Assembly: GCA_018260615.1 (NCBI GenBank)
Contig: JAGWDQ010000079.1
Span: 19,391 to 50,928 of the forward strand
Direction: 5' to 3'
DNA from: Candidatus Altarchaeum sp.
GTDB taxonomy: Archaea > Altiarchaeota > Altiarchaeia > Altiarchaeales > Altiarchaeaceae
Length of the DNA stretch: 31,538 nt
The notes beneath the pieces were generated by a model. It did no database searches. It was not told the DNA's origin and saw only the letters and a program-made list of their open reading frames with translations. Both the position numbers and the translations under genes were made by a program. Shown one piece after another: positions 9,732-19,379 of this stretch (position 1 is the stretch's first letter; the number at the start of each line of letters is the position of its first letter).

Positions 9732-11732
9732 ATGATAAAATTTCAGCATAAATTATCCGGAATATTCTGCATTTTTTGTATTTGCATAATTACAATTGCT
9801 TTAATTTCAAATGTTCAGGCAATAAGCAAATCCCCCTCAACACCGTCTACTTTTTCAGTTGAAGTTCTTTTTGATAAACCAAAAACCCCCGGGCTTTCAT
9901 TTACAGAAAGTTATAGTGTAGAAATTATAAATACAGAAAATTTTAGTATAACTATAAATGCCACCGGCGAGAACTGCGGAAATATAACTGCCTCCGCATC
10001 CCCGGTTACAATTTCAAGAAACTCGTCATCTTCTATATCTATTGATTTTGATGTTTTGGCATCGCAGGCGGAAGGAAAATATACCTGCAAAGTAAAAATT
10101 TTTAAAATTAATAGTAGTGAAGTGGTTTATGTTAACGGAACAATAACAGTCAAGTATCCTTCGCCGCAATTACAGGTAACATGGGATAACAACTTAGAAA
10201 AGGTTAAAGCAGGTGAAAAATATACAAGAAATATTGTTATAGCAGAGACCATGGGGTACAATCCCGCAAAACATGTCAGTGTTGATATTAAACCGCTTGA
10301 AGAAGGAGAACCCATATATTTGGATATAAAAGATGATAAAAATTTAGCTCCGCCATATTTCTTTTCACAAATAAATCCAGGTGCTACTGTTTCAAAGCCA
10401 ATCACTCTCACTGTTCCTGAAAGAAATTTATTTCCCGGGAACTATACCCTAAATACACAAGCAAAAGCAACAAACAATAAACCGGAGGACAATATTGACT
10501 ATCTGCTCATGTATGAAATTCCCTATCCTGTAATGAGAATATCAGGTAATATTGATTTTGAATCATTAACATTTTCGCAGGAAAAAAACATTAAAGAAAA
10601 ATCACTGAGCATTGAAGAAACTGGTGGTTATACTCCGATTGAAGGTGTAGCAATTGAAAAAATTTCCGGGGATGACGGATGGATAACACCACCTGCGATT
10701 GACTATATAAAGCCAAATTCATCTGAAAATTTTACATTCAGAATTTCACTTCCGGAAGATGCAGAACTGGGAAAACGAGAGTGGAAATTTAAAATAAGGA
10801 CAACTTATGCGGGAAGCAGTGAATTTTCTACGAGCACATTAGTTTATTTTCCCTCAATTGACGAATCAATTACAGAGGCAAAAAATATGCCTAAAAACGA
10901 GCTCTCGGAAAATTTAATTTTGATGCTTGAAAGTGCCAAAACATCTACAGAAAAACAAAATTTAAAAAACCTTGCAGGAACGATGTATATTTATTCCGCA
11001 TCCAAAACACTGATTTCCGAAATTTCCGCAATGAAAAATACCAACGATATCGGAGAAAAATTGTCTCACATTTCAACCATTAAAAGAAGCATAAATAAGA
11101 TAGAAACGGTGAAAAAGTTAATAACAGCAAGTGATTTGCAGGATAAAGCAACCAAAATTTTAAATTATGCAAGAAGTATGGAGAAAAGCGAAATAGATAC
11201 GGAAATTGAAAATATAAGAAAAAATCTGGAAATTTATAAAGAAAATGACTACAAAAAGTGCAGCATCTTATCCAAAAAAATCGGGGAAATTTACGGCAAA
11301 GAACTTCCCGAACAAACGGACTGCGAAAATAAATACATACAGGCAATAACAAATACAAGTAAATTAAAGGATGATGAAGAAAAAGTAAGGACTGAAATTG
11401 ATGAAAATACTTATGGTGCCGGAACGGGAAGGATATTAATTAATCCGTTTGCTTATGATTATGTAATTACAAAGTATGATGAGAACGAAAAAATTTATGA
11501 AAATTTAATTAAAATTTATGATGTTGCAGGCGAAAAAGGCGAGTCAAAAATTTATGGGAAAAAGCTGGAGGATTTGAAAACCGAAAAAAACATAGTCGGT
11601 GCATTCTTTATGGTTTACGGAATAATTGTTATTTTAATTTTGATTGGTATTGTTGTAAGGATATTTATCGGATTTACGCAATACAAGAGGGATGAGGAAG
11701 AGAAGATGCTGGGGGATGTTGTTTACGGGTAA
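9732..11732 (+). CDS. Cell-surface protein: signal peptide, Ig-like domains, helical region and C-terminal membrane anchor
   Basis: Signal ending NVQA. Beta-rich repeats (GKYTCKV, GNYTL, GKREWKF). TM segment IVGAFFMVYGIIVILILIGIVVRIFIGF followed by a short charged tail. Confidence 0.7.
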   Translation: MIKFQHKLSGIFCIFCICIITIALISNVQAISKSPSTPSTFSVEVLFDKPKTPGLSFTESYSVEIINTENFSITINATGENCGNITASASPVTISRNSSSSISIDFDVLASQAEGKYTCKVKIFKINSSEVVYVNGTITVKYPSPQLQVTWDNNLEKVKAGEKYTRNIVIAETMGYNPAKHVSVDIKPLEEGEPIYLDIKDDKNLAPPYFFSQINPGATVSKPITLTVPERNLFPGNYTLNTQAKATNNKPEDNIDYLLMYEIPYPVMRISGNIDFESLTFSQEKNIKEKSLSIEETGGYTPIEGVAIEKISGDDGWITPPAIDYIKPNSSENFTFRISLPEDAELGKREWKFKIRTTYAGSSEFSTSTLVYFPSIDESITEAKNMPKNELSENLILMLESAKTSTEKQNLKNLAGTMYIYSASKTLISEISAMKNTNDIGEKLSHISTIKRSINKIETVKKLITASDLQDKATKILNYARSMEKSEIDTEIENIRKNLEIYKENDYKKCSILSKKIGEIYGKELPEQTDCENKYIQAITNTSKLKDDEEKVRTEIDENTYGAGTGRILINPFAYDYVITKYDENEKIYENLIKIYDVAGEKGESKIYGKKLEDLKTEKNIVGAFFMVYGIIVILILIGIVVRIFIGFTQYKRDEEEKMLGDVVYG

Positions 11733-11756
11733 ATTTTGGAAATTTCCAGTTTTTAC

Positions 11757-13217
11757 TCACATAATCTCATCCGTTAGTTTCATCTGCTTTTCACTTACCG
11801 GAGAAATTCCCGTAAGGCATGCATCGCATAAATTTTTTGTTCCGATTGCTTTGAATAGCCCTTCTATGCTTATATACTGCAAAGAATCCGCTCCTATCAG
11901 CGAGACAATTTCACCAGCACTCTTATCTCTTGCTATAAATTCCTTTGCCGTCTGCATATCTATTCCAAAGTTGCATGGAAATTTTATTGGCGGACACGAA
12001 ACCCTTATATGAACCTCTTTTGCTCCTTTATCCCTTAAAATTTTTATGAGTCGTTTTATGGTGGTTCCCCTTACAATAGAATCATCAATAAGAATTATTC
12101 TCTTCCCTTCAACCTCTGTTTTTATGGGATTTAATTTTGTGCATAATTCTTTCTCCCTGTCCGCCTGATTCGGAAGAATGAATGTCCTTCCGACATATCT
12201 GTTTTTCATAAGCCCTTCACTGTAACAAATTCGCTTCTTATTTTCAATGCACCATTCTGCATATCCGATTGCAGCAGTAATCCCGGAATCCGGAACCGGA
12301 ATGACAATATCCGCATCAACATAACTTTCGCTCGCCAGAATTTTTCCCATCTCTTTCCTGACCTGATAGACAGAAGCGTTATTAATAACACTGTCAGCCC
12401 TCGCAAAATAAACATACTCAAACATACAATGGGAAATTTTGTCTTTTAAGACAGAATATGTTGATGATGAAATTTTATCGTTTTCTTTTTCATATACGTA
12501 CTCAGCAACAAAAATTTCTCCCGGTTCAACATCCCGCAGGTATGAAAAACCGATTGCGTCCAATGCGCATGTTTCCGATGCAACACAAATTTCGCCTTCT
12601 TCATTCTTTCCGATAACTAACGGCCTGAATCCGTTCGGATCTCTTATGGCAATAACTTTATTCTGATACAGAATCACTAAACAATAAGAACCGACAATTT
12701 CTTTCATTGCCTGTTTCAGACATTCCAGAAAATTTTTGTTTGACGCATAATAGTGTGCAATCAGGTTTGCGATGACCTCGCTGTCAGTTGTAGTTAAAAA
12801 TGTCGCACCTTTTAACTTTTGTTTGATTTCTATTGTATTTACGATATTTCCGTTGTGTGCAATTGCAAAAATTTCATCGTTGCACTTTATCTGAATCGGC
12901 TGGGAATTTTCTATGGATGATGAGCCGGTTGTTGAATACCTTACATGGCCGATTCCCGTATTCCCTTCAATAAATTTATTTCGCAAAGCTTCAGGCACAA
13001 TACCCATATCTTTAACAATTTTTATGCCATTGCCTGCATTATTTGATACATTATTTGCATTACTAACAGAGGTTGCTATTCCGGCTGATTCCTGACCGCG
13101 ATGCTGCAGAGCAAAAAGTCCGTAATAAATTTTACTGTAAACATTTGTCCTTTCTTTTCCAACAATTCCGAAAATTCCGCATGCTTCCTTTACTTTTCTA
13201 TAAAATGTTCTAATCAT
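11757..13217 (-). CDS. purF: Amidophosphoribosyltransferase
   Basis: Propeptide then CGIFG; LQHRGQESAGI, GHVRYSTTG, AHNGN, RDPNGFRPL, CMFEYVYFAR, DDSIVRGTT and Fe-S cysteines (CPP..PC, CDAC). Start at ATG 13217 preferred; the ORF track gives 13238. Confidence 0.96.
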   Translation of the reverse strand: MIRTFYRKVKEACGIFGIVGKERTNVYSKIYYGLFALQHRGQESAGIATSVSNANNVSNNAGNGIKIVKDMGIVPEALRNKFIEGNTGIGHVRYSTTGSSSIENSQPIQIKCNDEIFAIAHNGNIVNTIEIKQKLKGATFLTTTDSEVIANLIAHYYASNKNFLECLKQAMKEIVGSYCLVILYQNKVIAIRDPNGFRPLVIGKNEEGEICVASETCALDAIGFSYLRDVEPGEIFVAEYVYEKENDKISSSTYSVLKDKISHCMFEYVYFARADSVINNASVYQVRKEMGKILASESYVDADIVIPVPDSGITAAIGYAEWCIENKKRICYSEGLMKNRYVGRTFILPNQADREKELCTKLNPIKTEVEGKRIILIDDSIVRGTTIKRLIKILRDKGAKEVHIRVSCPPIKFPCNFGIDMQTAKEFIARDKSAGEIVSLIGADSLQYISIEGLFKAIGTKNLCDACLTGISPVSEKQMKLTDEIM

Positions 13218-13293
13218 CTGAAAAATGTATCTTCTCAATAAAATAAGGCAAATTAAGTTATATCATCTCACTACCTTTATGAGATTTTAAATA

Positions 13294-13495
13294 AATTTGA
13301 AATAAGTTCGCTTCGCTCTCATTTAAAAATGCTACAAGCATTTTTAAAGATTGAAAACTTATAGTTTTCAGTATATTTTAAAATTCTTTGCGAATTTGAA
13401 ATAAGTTCGCTTCGCTCTCATATTTAAAATTCTTTGCGAATTTGAAATAAGTTCGCTGATACTCGGATATTTTAAATTTTACAAAAATTTAAAAT
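13294..13495. repeat. Array of AT-rich hairpins with GTTCGCTTCGCTC linkers (REP/BIME-like cluster A)
   Basis: AATTTGAAATAAGTTCGCT occurs three times (13294, 13393, 13439). Hairpins TTTAAAAATGC-TACAA-GCATTTTTAAA, TGAAAAC-TTATA-GTTTTCA and TTTTAAATTTT-AC-AAAAATTTAAAA. Confidence 0.85.
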
Positions 13496-13612
13496 GGCTT
13501 TACTTTTCAGTGAAAAATGTTATTTTTATATTTTGCCCCAAGTTTCCCACCCATCCGAAAAGCTTGGTGTAATTTTTTTTTGCGAGTAATTTAATTTAAA
13601 ATTATCTGTGAA

Positions 13613-13764
13613 TTTTTTATCGTACAGGAAAGTTCGTTTTATTAGTTCCTAACCTCGCTAACGCTCGGATATTTTCAAAACTCTGCGTTTTGAAAATCGC
13701 ACCAAGACACAGAGACACAAAGGAGTTATATTCTGTAACCTGGTGACTTTGTGGCTTTGTGTGA
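13613..13764 (+). mobile_element. ~100-bp MITE-like imperfect palindrome (copy B) carrying a 49-bp hairpin-module insertion at 13651-13699
   Basis: Aligns with the reverse complement of 22414-22511 (shared TTTTTTATCGTACAGGAAAGTTCGTTTTAT and CAC..AGACACAG.GACACAAAGGAG...TGACTTTG.G.CTT.GTGTGA) apart from the insert. Confidence 0.7.
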
Positions 13765-13815
13765 ATGTTCTTCTGAATTTTTTAATGGCTGGAAATATGG
13801 GCTTTACTTCAAATT

Positions 13816-14283
13816 TTAGGTTGTGCTAAAATGGCTAAATGTTTTTAAGAGGGTTGATAAAGGGCTGTTCGACCAAAAATCTTTAGTTGCTTCTTCAGAA
13901 AGTTCTTTTAACCCCATATCTCCAACTTTATCATTTACTGTTTCTCTGATTATAGCCCTTTCATCGTCTGACAACAAAACAACCATTTTTTCAAAATTTT
14001 TCCCGGGTTCAAGAAACCACCCGTTCTTTTTTACAATCATCTTTACTATATCTCTACTTATTGCTGTTGAAAGTTCAACCGAAACAGCGCCGGAAAAAGG
14101 TCCGTCAGGAGACATAGCATATTTAAAATCCTTGAACTCCTGTAAATTTTTCCGTTTTAAAAAATATCCAATTCTTTGTATGTGTGCAGGAGATATTTGC
14201 TTTTCAGGATGTTTAACCATCAGAGTTTTTACTAAAAATCCAATTACTGCTGCCGGTTTATATATGCTCTTTTTTCCTGTCAT
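13816..14283 (-). CDS. Hypothetical protein, possibly a SocA/Panacea (DUF4065)-like winged-helix antitoxin
   Basis: HIQRIGYFL...F.Y....GPFS..V..EL resembles the KLQKLxYF...YGPxS pattern of the family. The resemblance is modest. Confidence 0.5.
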   Translation of the reverse strand: MTGKKSIYKPAAVIGFLVKTLMVKHPEKQISPAHIQRIGYFLKRKNLQEFKDFKYAMSPDGPFSGAVSVELSTAISRDIVKMIVKKNGWFLEPGKNFEKMVVLLSDDERAIIRETVNDKVGDMGLKELSEEATKDFWSNSPLSTLLKTFSHFSTT

Positions 14284-14452
14284 TTTGGAATGTGCTGTTG
14301 TTTCTTCTGTGTTTCTAATTTCTTCTTTCCTTTGTTCCTCTTCTGATTCGTTTGTAGAAATTTCATTTTTTGAAAAGTGTTATTTTTGATATCGTGATAG
14401 GTATCAAAATGATTTTAAATTAATTATAAATTAGGAAATAAGAGTATAACTT

Positions 14453-15250
14453 TTAAATTTTGTTAATTTTTACATTATAAATTTCTCCCCCCATATCTAC
14501 AAGCGTGCAAACAACAATTGCCAGCGCCTTTTCAACCGCATATTCATTTGTTCCCGTAATCTCTACGAATAAATTTTTTGTTTCCGTAGTTACCTTTGTG
14601 CGGTCGGCATTTATGATGGGCGGCATTGAAACAGCATCGTTATTTGCATCAACAATGAGCGGAAATTGAGCAAAATTTTTTATTATTTTTCCATACTCAA
14701 TTCCTTTCGGAGACATTCTTAAAATTTCATCCAAGTCCATAGAACTTTCAAAATTTAGAGGTATAAATTTATATTCCTTTGGATTTACCGCTTTATAGGT
14801 AACCGGAAATTTTAAGACATCTAAATTGTGAATACCTATCGCCACCTTTTTCCTGTTCCTTCCATGCGTAATGTGCAGTTTCTCCTGAATATTCATCAGG
14901 GATTTTAGCCGTGCATCCGTTATGGTTAAATTTTTTACTATTGCAGAAGATATAAATGGTCTGACCGGTTTAACTGACGCATCAACAAAAATTTCACCTC
15001 CATCTATCTCGTCATTAACTTTGTAGGTATTAACCTCTTTTTTGAGCCCTAAAAAATTTTTCAACGCCCTCGCAAATCCCTCAACACACAGCATATCTGG
15101 CCTGTTCGGAAAAATTTCCATTACTGCTTTATCCCTGTCAAGACATTCCATATCAACTCCGAGCATCGGAATCCTTTCTCTTAAAAAATTTAAGTCGCTG
15201 ATTCCTGTTAATTCAGTTAATTCGTTTGTGTTAAATTCTACCGTAGGCAT
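14453..15250 (-). CDS. pheT: Phenylalanyl-tRNA synthetase beta subunit, N-terminal half only (through the B3/4 editing domain)
   Basis: Archaeal-type start MPTVEFN, then EIFPNRPDMLCVEGFARAL, LMNIQEKLHITHGRNRKKVAIGIHNLD and MPPIINADRTKVT. Stops at 265 aa before B5 and the catalytic-like domain. Confidence 0.85.
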   Translation of the reverse strand: MPTVEFNTNELTELTGISDLNFLRERIPMLGVDMECLDRDKAVMEIFPNRPDMLCVEGFARALKNFLGLKKEVNTYKVNDEIDGGEIFVDASVKPVRPFISSAIVKNLTITDARLKSLMNIQEKLHITHGRNRKKVAIGIHNLDVLKFPVTYKAVNPKEYKFIPLNFESSMDLDEILRMSPKGIEYGKIIKNFAQFPLIVDANNDAVSMPPIINADRTKVTTETKNLFVEITGTNEYAVEKALAIVVCTLVDMGGEIYNVKINKI

Positions 15251-15452
15251 TTTGTTTATAAAAATAGAATATTAAAAGAAATTAATAAAATTAATAAAAT
15301 AGATTATTAAAAATTAGCAAAATGAATAAAAATTTAACTAAAAATTTAACTAAAAATGTTAAGTTCGTTTTTCAAAACGCAAAACACCATGTATGTTCCT
15401 GTTTTGAATCCGCTATAAAGGAAAAATTTCCTGAAATTTCAAAGTAATATAT

Positions 15453-15595
15453 AACCTCACTTACGCTCGGATATTTTCAAAACTTTGCGTTTTGAAAATA
15501 ACCTCACTCACGCTCACTTCGTTCGTGTATTTTCAAAATCTCTGTGATTTTGAAAATCGTTCGGATATTTAAAATTTCTATGAGAAAATTTAAAT
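15453..15595 (+). repeat. REP/BIME-like hairpin cluster C
   Basis: ACCTCACTTACGCTCGGATA, hairpin TATTTTCAAAAC-TTTGC-GTTTTGAAAATA (15472-15500), linker CTCACTCACGCTCACTTCGTTCGTGT, hairpin ATTTTCAAAATC-TCTGT-GATTTTGAAAAT (15529-15557), then a third imperfect hairpin. Confidence 0.85.
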
Positions 15596-15669
15596 AATCT
15601 TAAAAATAATTGCCATCATTAATAAACAAATATAAAAGAGTTTAAATTTAATTTTTACATTAACAAGTA

Positions 15670-18600
15670 ATGAAAATGGAGCCGAAATATCTTACTGAGA
15701 GAGACATTCTGAATTATGCTGATTCACCAAGTATATTTGCACGGGGAAGAAATTATTATTATAATGGAAACATAATATACATGAAGGTAATTGAAGAAAA
15801 TAAAGAAATTTGTGCAGAAGTTAAGGGAAACTACGGCATATATGACATTACAATTACTTTTGGTAAGAATGCGATTCACAGCAACTGCACATGTCCTTAT
15901 GATGGCAAGGGCTGTAAGCATGTCGTCGCGGTTTTACTTAAATTTCTCAATGAATTCAAAGACGCAGCCAAAGATAATTCAAACACATCTTCCAGAGCAA
16001 ACACAAACGCGCTGACTGAAAAAGATGAGGACTTATGGAATTTCTCTCTGGACGATATCGTGAAACACACCTCAAAACAATCCGTTTCTGACGCCTTTGA
16101 TATTTTAACCGAAAAGAGGATAAAGATAAAGTCCTTAACCGACAGGGAAATGCTCACGGAGATAGATGAAAAAATCACTGCTTTTCGTCCGTGGGAAAAA
16201 CAGCTTGCAAGGGATAATGTAAAAGTCCGCATATACAGAAGGGGCTTTGATGAGCTCCTTTCATTTCAGACACAGTGTAATTGTCAGCCCTACCACGAGC
16301 ACTCAACATGCAAACATACTGCCGCATCGTTGCTCGCTTTATTTCTGCAAAAAAACAAAAAACAAATATCCGAAGTAAAAGAAGAACATATATCCAAAAT
16401 CCGCTCCGAACAGTTTTATGGTTTCATTCACGAACTTAATTCATTATCTCCTGAAAAACCAAAGGTAAACCCTGAAAGAAATTATTTATTTTATTTTAAT
16501 GCAGAGAAACATACATCCTCTTATGACAGTTACTTCTCAATCTCAATAGAAAAAAGATGTATCCTGAAATCAGGTATTCCGGGAGCACCAGCCGATGCCA
16601 CAACTAAATTTATAAGAGAGTATTACGATACAATACCTGATAAGAGGAAAAAAATTTTTGACATGTTTATCTGGAATTTAGAGCATGAAAATAAATGGCT
16701 TAGCTCATCAGAAAAACTTGTTAAGAAAAAATTTGATGAAAGAGACGACAGCAGGTTGTTGAGTGAGATGAAAAATTTATATCTGGCAGATCCGCATGCG
16801 TTTCAGAACTGCATATTCCCATCTGAAAAAGGCGAAATTGAGATTAATATTAGCGAAGACAAAAAACGAAAAAAGGCAGCCCTTAAATTAATGATAAATA
16901 TAGGCGAACAAAAATTTCCGGCTAATAAAAAAGATGTCGGTTTTCTTGGAAAAGACCCTTTATGGGTTTCCATCTCTGACAATAAAAAAAATAGTTTTAT
17001 TTTGTTTGAACTGGAATGTCCTCACCAGGGAATCATGAGGAAACTGTCGGAGTTTTCTGATGCGGAAATAGAAATCAGCCAGCTGAATGACATTATAGAA
17101 AAATATTATCTGAACTTATCCGCAATAGGAAAGGTTGTGCTTCCGGAAGATTATGATGTTGAAGAACAAAAATTTGAGGTGATTCCCCGTTTGTATCTCA
17201 GGGACTACGGCGAGTCATTTGGGATTGAGCTGCGGTTTCTCTATGCTCAACAGGAGGCATTATACACCGGCAGGCAGGATATAGTGTTTAAAAACGAAAA
17301 CGAAAAAATTATCAGGATACAAAGAAACCGGGAGAAAGAGAATGCCTATTTCAAAGTCCTTCTTGACCATTACACAACAGAACGCGGCGATTTGCTTATC
17401 CCCTCCATAGACCCTTATCTCTGGCTGACTGATGTAGCAAATGATTTAATAGCAAAGGGTTATGAAATTTATGGAAAATCCGAATTACTTAATAATAAAA
17501 TCACTTCGGAAGAGCCAAAACTGAAATTAGAGGTCTCAAGCGGGATTGACTGGTTTGATTTAAAAGGAGCCGTATCTTTCGGAAAAGAAACGGTTTCTTT
17601 TGCTCAAATACTTTCTTCAATAAACAGCAATGAGCGGTTTATTAAACTGAGTGACGGAAGAACAGGCGTTATCCCTAAAAAATGGCTTAATAAACTGTCT
17701 GGTATCACAGGTCTGTTAGAGCGGGATGAAAAAAATGAAAGTGCAAGGGCATCAAGGTCGCAGATTGCCATTATAGAGGCGTTGCTCGATATCTCGGAAA
17801 AAACGACGGTTGATAAAAAATTTAAACAAATCAGGGAGAAATTTTCCGGTTTTAAGAAGATAAAACATATTTGTCTCCCTAAAAAACTGCAAGGTGAACT
17901 GAGGGACTATCAGAAAGCCGGCTATGACTGGCTGCATTTCCTGAAGGAGTTCGGTTTGGGGGGATGCCTTGCGGATGAGATGGGACTGGGCAAAACAGTT
18001 CAGGCGCTGAGTTTGCTGCTTTACGAAAAAGAGCATGGTATTAAAACACCTTCACTTATCGTAGTTCCGACATCTCTTGTGTTTAACTGGGTGAATGAGA
18101 TTAGGAAATTTACTCCGTCCCTTGATGTTTATGTTCATCACGGGCTTGAAAGAGAACGAGACGGCAGAAAAATCTGGGAAAAACATGCGGATATAATCCT
18201 GACAACTTACGGGACTTTAAGGAATGACGCGGATATGTTTAAAGATAAGGACTTCCATTATGTGATACTTGATGAATCACAGAATATAAAAAATCCTCTC
18301 TCAAAGACCGCCGGAGAAATATATCATCTGAAATCAAGACATAAACTGGCGATGACCGGAACGCCGATAGAAAACAATTCTCTTGAATTGTGGTCGCAGT
18401 TCGCATTTCTCAACCCGGGGCTGCTGGGAAACATAAATTACTTTAAAGAGACATTTGCAAAGAGCATTGAAAAGGAGAAAGACGAATATAAAACGAATGC
18501 ACTTAAAAATATAATAAATCCGTTTTTACTGATGAGGAAGAAGGAGATGGTTGCAAAGGATCTTCCGGAAAAACAAATTTCCCTATCCTACTGCGAGATG

Positions 18601-19290
18601 GAGCCGAAACAAAGAGAAATTTATGAAGCCCATAAATTTAAAATCAAAAAGGAGATAGAGGATGCGATAAATGAAGGTGGCTTCATGAAATCCAGGTTTA
18701 AGATATTGCAGGGGCTTATGAAATTAAGACAGATATGTAATCATCCGGTACTTATTGACGAAAGCTTTAAAGGAGAATCCGGTAAATTAAACATGCTGCT
18801 GGATCAGATTGAGGAAGTTATTGCCGGGGGGCATAAGGTTCTGGTTTTTTCTTCATTTGTCAAAATGCTGCATGTTTTCCGCAGTGAATTTGAAAGAAAA
18901 GGTATAAAATTTTCCTATCTTGACGGAAGCACACGGATGAGCGACAGAAAAGATGTCGTGGAGAAATTTCAGAACGATTCGGGCATAAGCGCATTTCTCA
19001 TCAGTTTGAAAGCGGGAGGGCTTGGTTTAAATTTAACCGAAGCGGATTATGTGTTTATTGTTGACCCGTGGTGGAATCCGGCGGCAGAAATGCAGGCAAT
19101 GGACAGGACACACAGGATAGGGCAGAAAAAGAACATATTCGTTTATAAAGCGATTACAAAAGACAGCATTGAAGAGAAAATACTCCAGCTTCAGGAAAGC
19201 AAACTGAATCTTGTTAAGAATGTGATTGCAGTTGATGAAGGGATTTTTAAGAAATTAGGCAGGGAAGATATTGAAAAGTTGTTCGTATAG
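15670..19290 (+). CDS. SNF2-family (SF2) ATPase/helicase with two N-terminal SWIM zinc fingers
   Basis: SWIM motifs CTCPYDGKGCKH and CNCQPYHEHSTCKH. Helicase motifs LADEMGLGKT, ILDESQ, MTGTPIENN, VLVFSSF, SLKAGGLGLNL and QAMDRTHRIGQ. Confidence 0.93.
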   Translation: MKMEPKYLTERDILNYADSPSIFARGRNYYYNGNIIYMKVIEENKEICAEVKGNYGIYDITITFGKNAIHSNCTCPYDGKGCKHVVAVLLKFLNEFKDAAKDNSNTSSRANTNALTEKDEDLWNFSLDDIVKHTSKQSVSDAFDILTEKRIKIKSLTDREMLTEIDEKITAFRPWEKQLARDNVKVRIYRRGFDELLSFQTQCNCQPYHEHSTCKHTAASLLALFLQKNKKQISEVKEEHISKIRSEQFYGFIHELNSLSPEKPKVNPERNYLFYFNAEKHTSSYDSYFSISIEKRCILKSGIPGAPADATTKFIREYYDTIPDKRKKIFDMFIWNLEHENKWLSSSEKLVKKKFDERDDSRLLSEMKNLYLADPHAFQNCIFPSEKGEIEINISEDKKRKKAALKLMINIGEQKFPANKKDVGFLGKDPLWVSISDNKKNSFILFELECPHQGIMRKLSEFSDAEIEISQLNDIIEKYYLNLSAIGKVVLPEDYDVEEQKFEVIPRLYLRDYGESFGIELRFLYAQQEALYTGRQDIVFKNENEKIIRIQRNREKENAYFKVLLDHYTTERGDLLIPSIDPYLWLTDVANDLIAKGYEIYGKSELLNNKITSEEPKLKLEVSSGIDWFDLKGAVSFGKETVSFAQILSSINSNERFIKLSDGRTGVIPKKWLNKLSGITGLLERDEKNESARASRSQIAIIEALLDISEKTTVDKKFKQIREKFSGFKKIKHICLPKKLQGELRDYQKAGYDWLHFLKEFGLGGCLADEMGLGKTVQALSLLLYEKEHGIKTPSLIVVPTSLVFNWVNEIRKFTPSLDVYVHHGLERERDGRKIWEKHADIILTTYGTLRNDADMFKDKDFHYVILDESQNIKNPLSKTAGEIYHLKSRHKLAMTGTPIENNSLELWSQFAFLNPGLLGNINYFKETFAKSIEKEKDEYKTNALKNIINPFLLMRKKEMVAKDLPEKQISLSYCEMEPKQREIYEAHKFKIKKEIEDAINEGGFMKSRFKILQGLMKLRQICNHPVLIDESFKGESGKLNMLLDQIEEVIAGGHKVLVFSSFVKMLHVFRSEFERKGIKFSYLDGSTRMSDRKDVVEKFQNDSGISAFLISLKAGGLGLNLTEADYVFIVDPWWNPAAEMQAMDRTHRIGQKKNIFVYKAITKDSIEEKILQLQESKLNLVKNVIAVDEGIFKKLGREDIEKLFV

Positions 19291-19379
19291 ACATTTATAT
19301 TTGCATCAAAATTTAATTTATTCATCCATAATTCTTAATTATAAATCAGGAAAAATTTTAAAATTTAATAAAATTATAA

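Noticed and set aside
13294-13495. CRISPR array
   Set aside because: Repeats are irregularly spaced and partly overlapping, the intervening sequence is itself repeated or palindromic rather than unique spacers, and no cas genes are present.
13526-13567. Minus-strand PSFSDGWETWGKI*, reminiscent of an MT-A70 methyltransferase C-terminus
   Set aside because: Only 13 codons, so too short to distinguish from chance.
15329-15357. Short AT tandem repeats (AAAATTTAACTA x2; also TTTGTTAATTA x2-3 near 25593-25625)
   Set aside because: Low-complexity slippage in AT-rich promoter regions, not informative on their own.
15385-15447. Plus-strand HHVCSCFESAIKEKFPEISK* as a possible gene remnant
   Set aside because: No recognisable family and no start codon.
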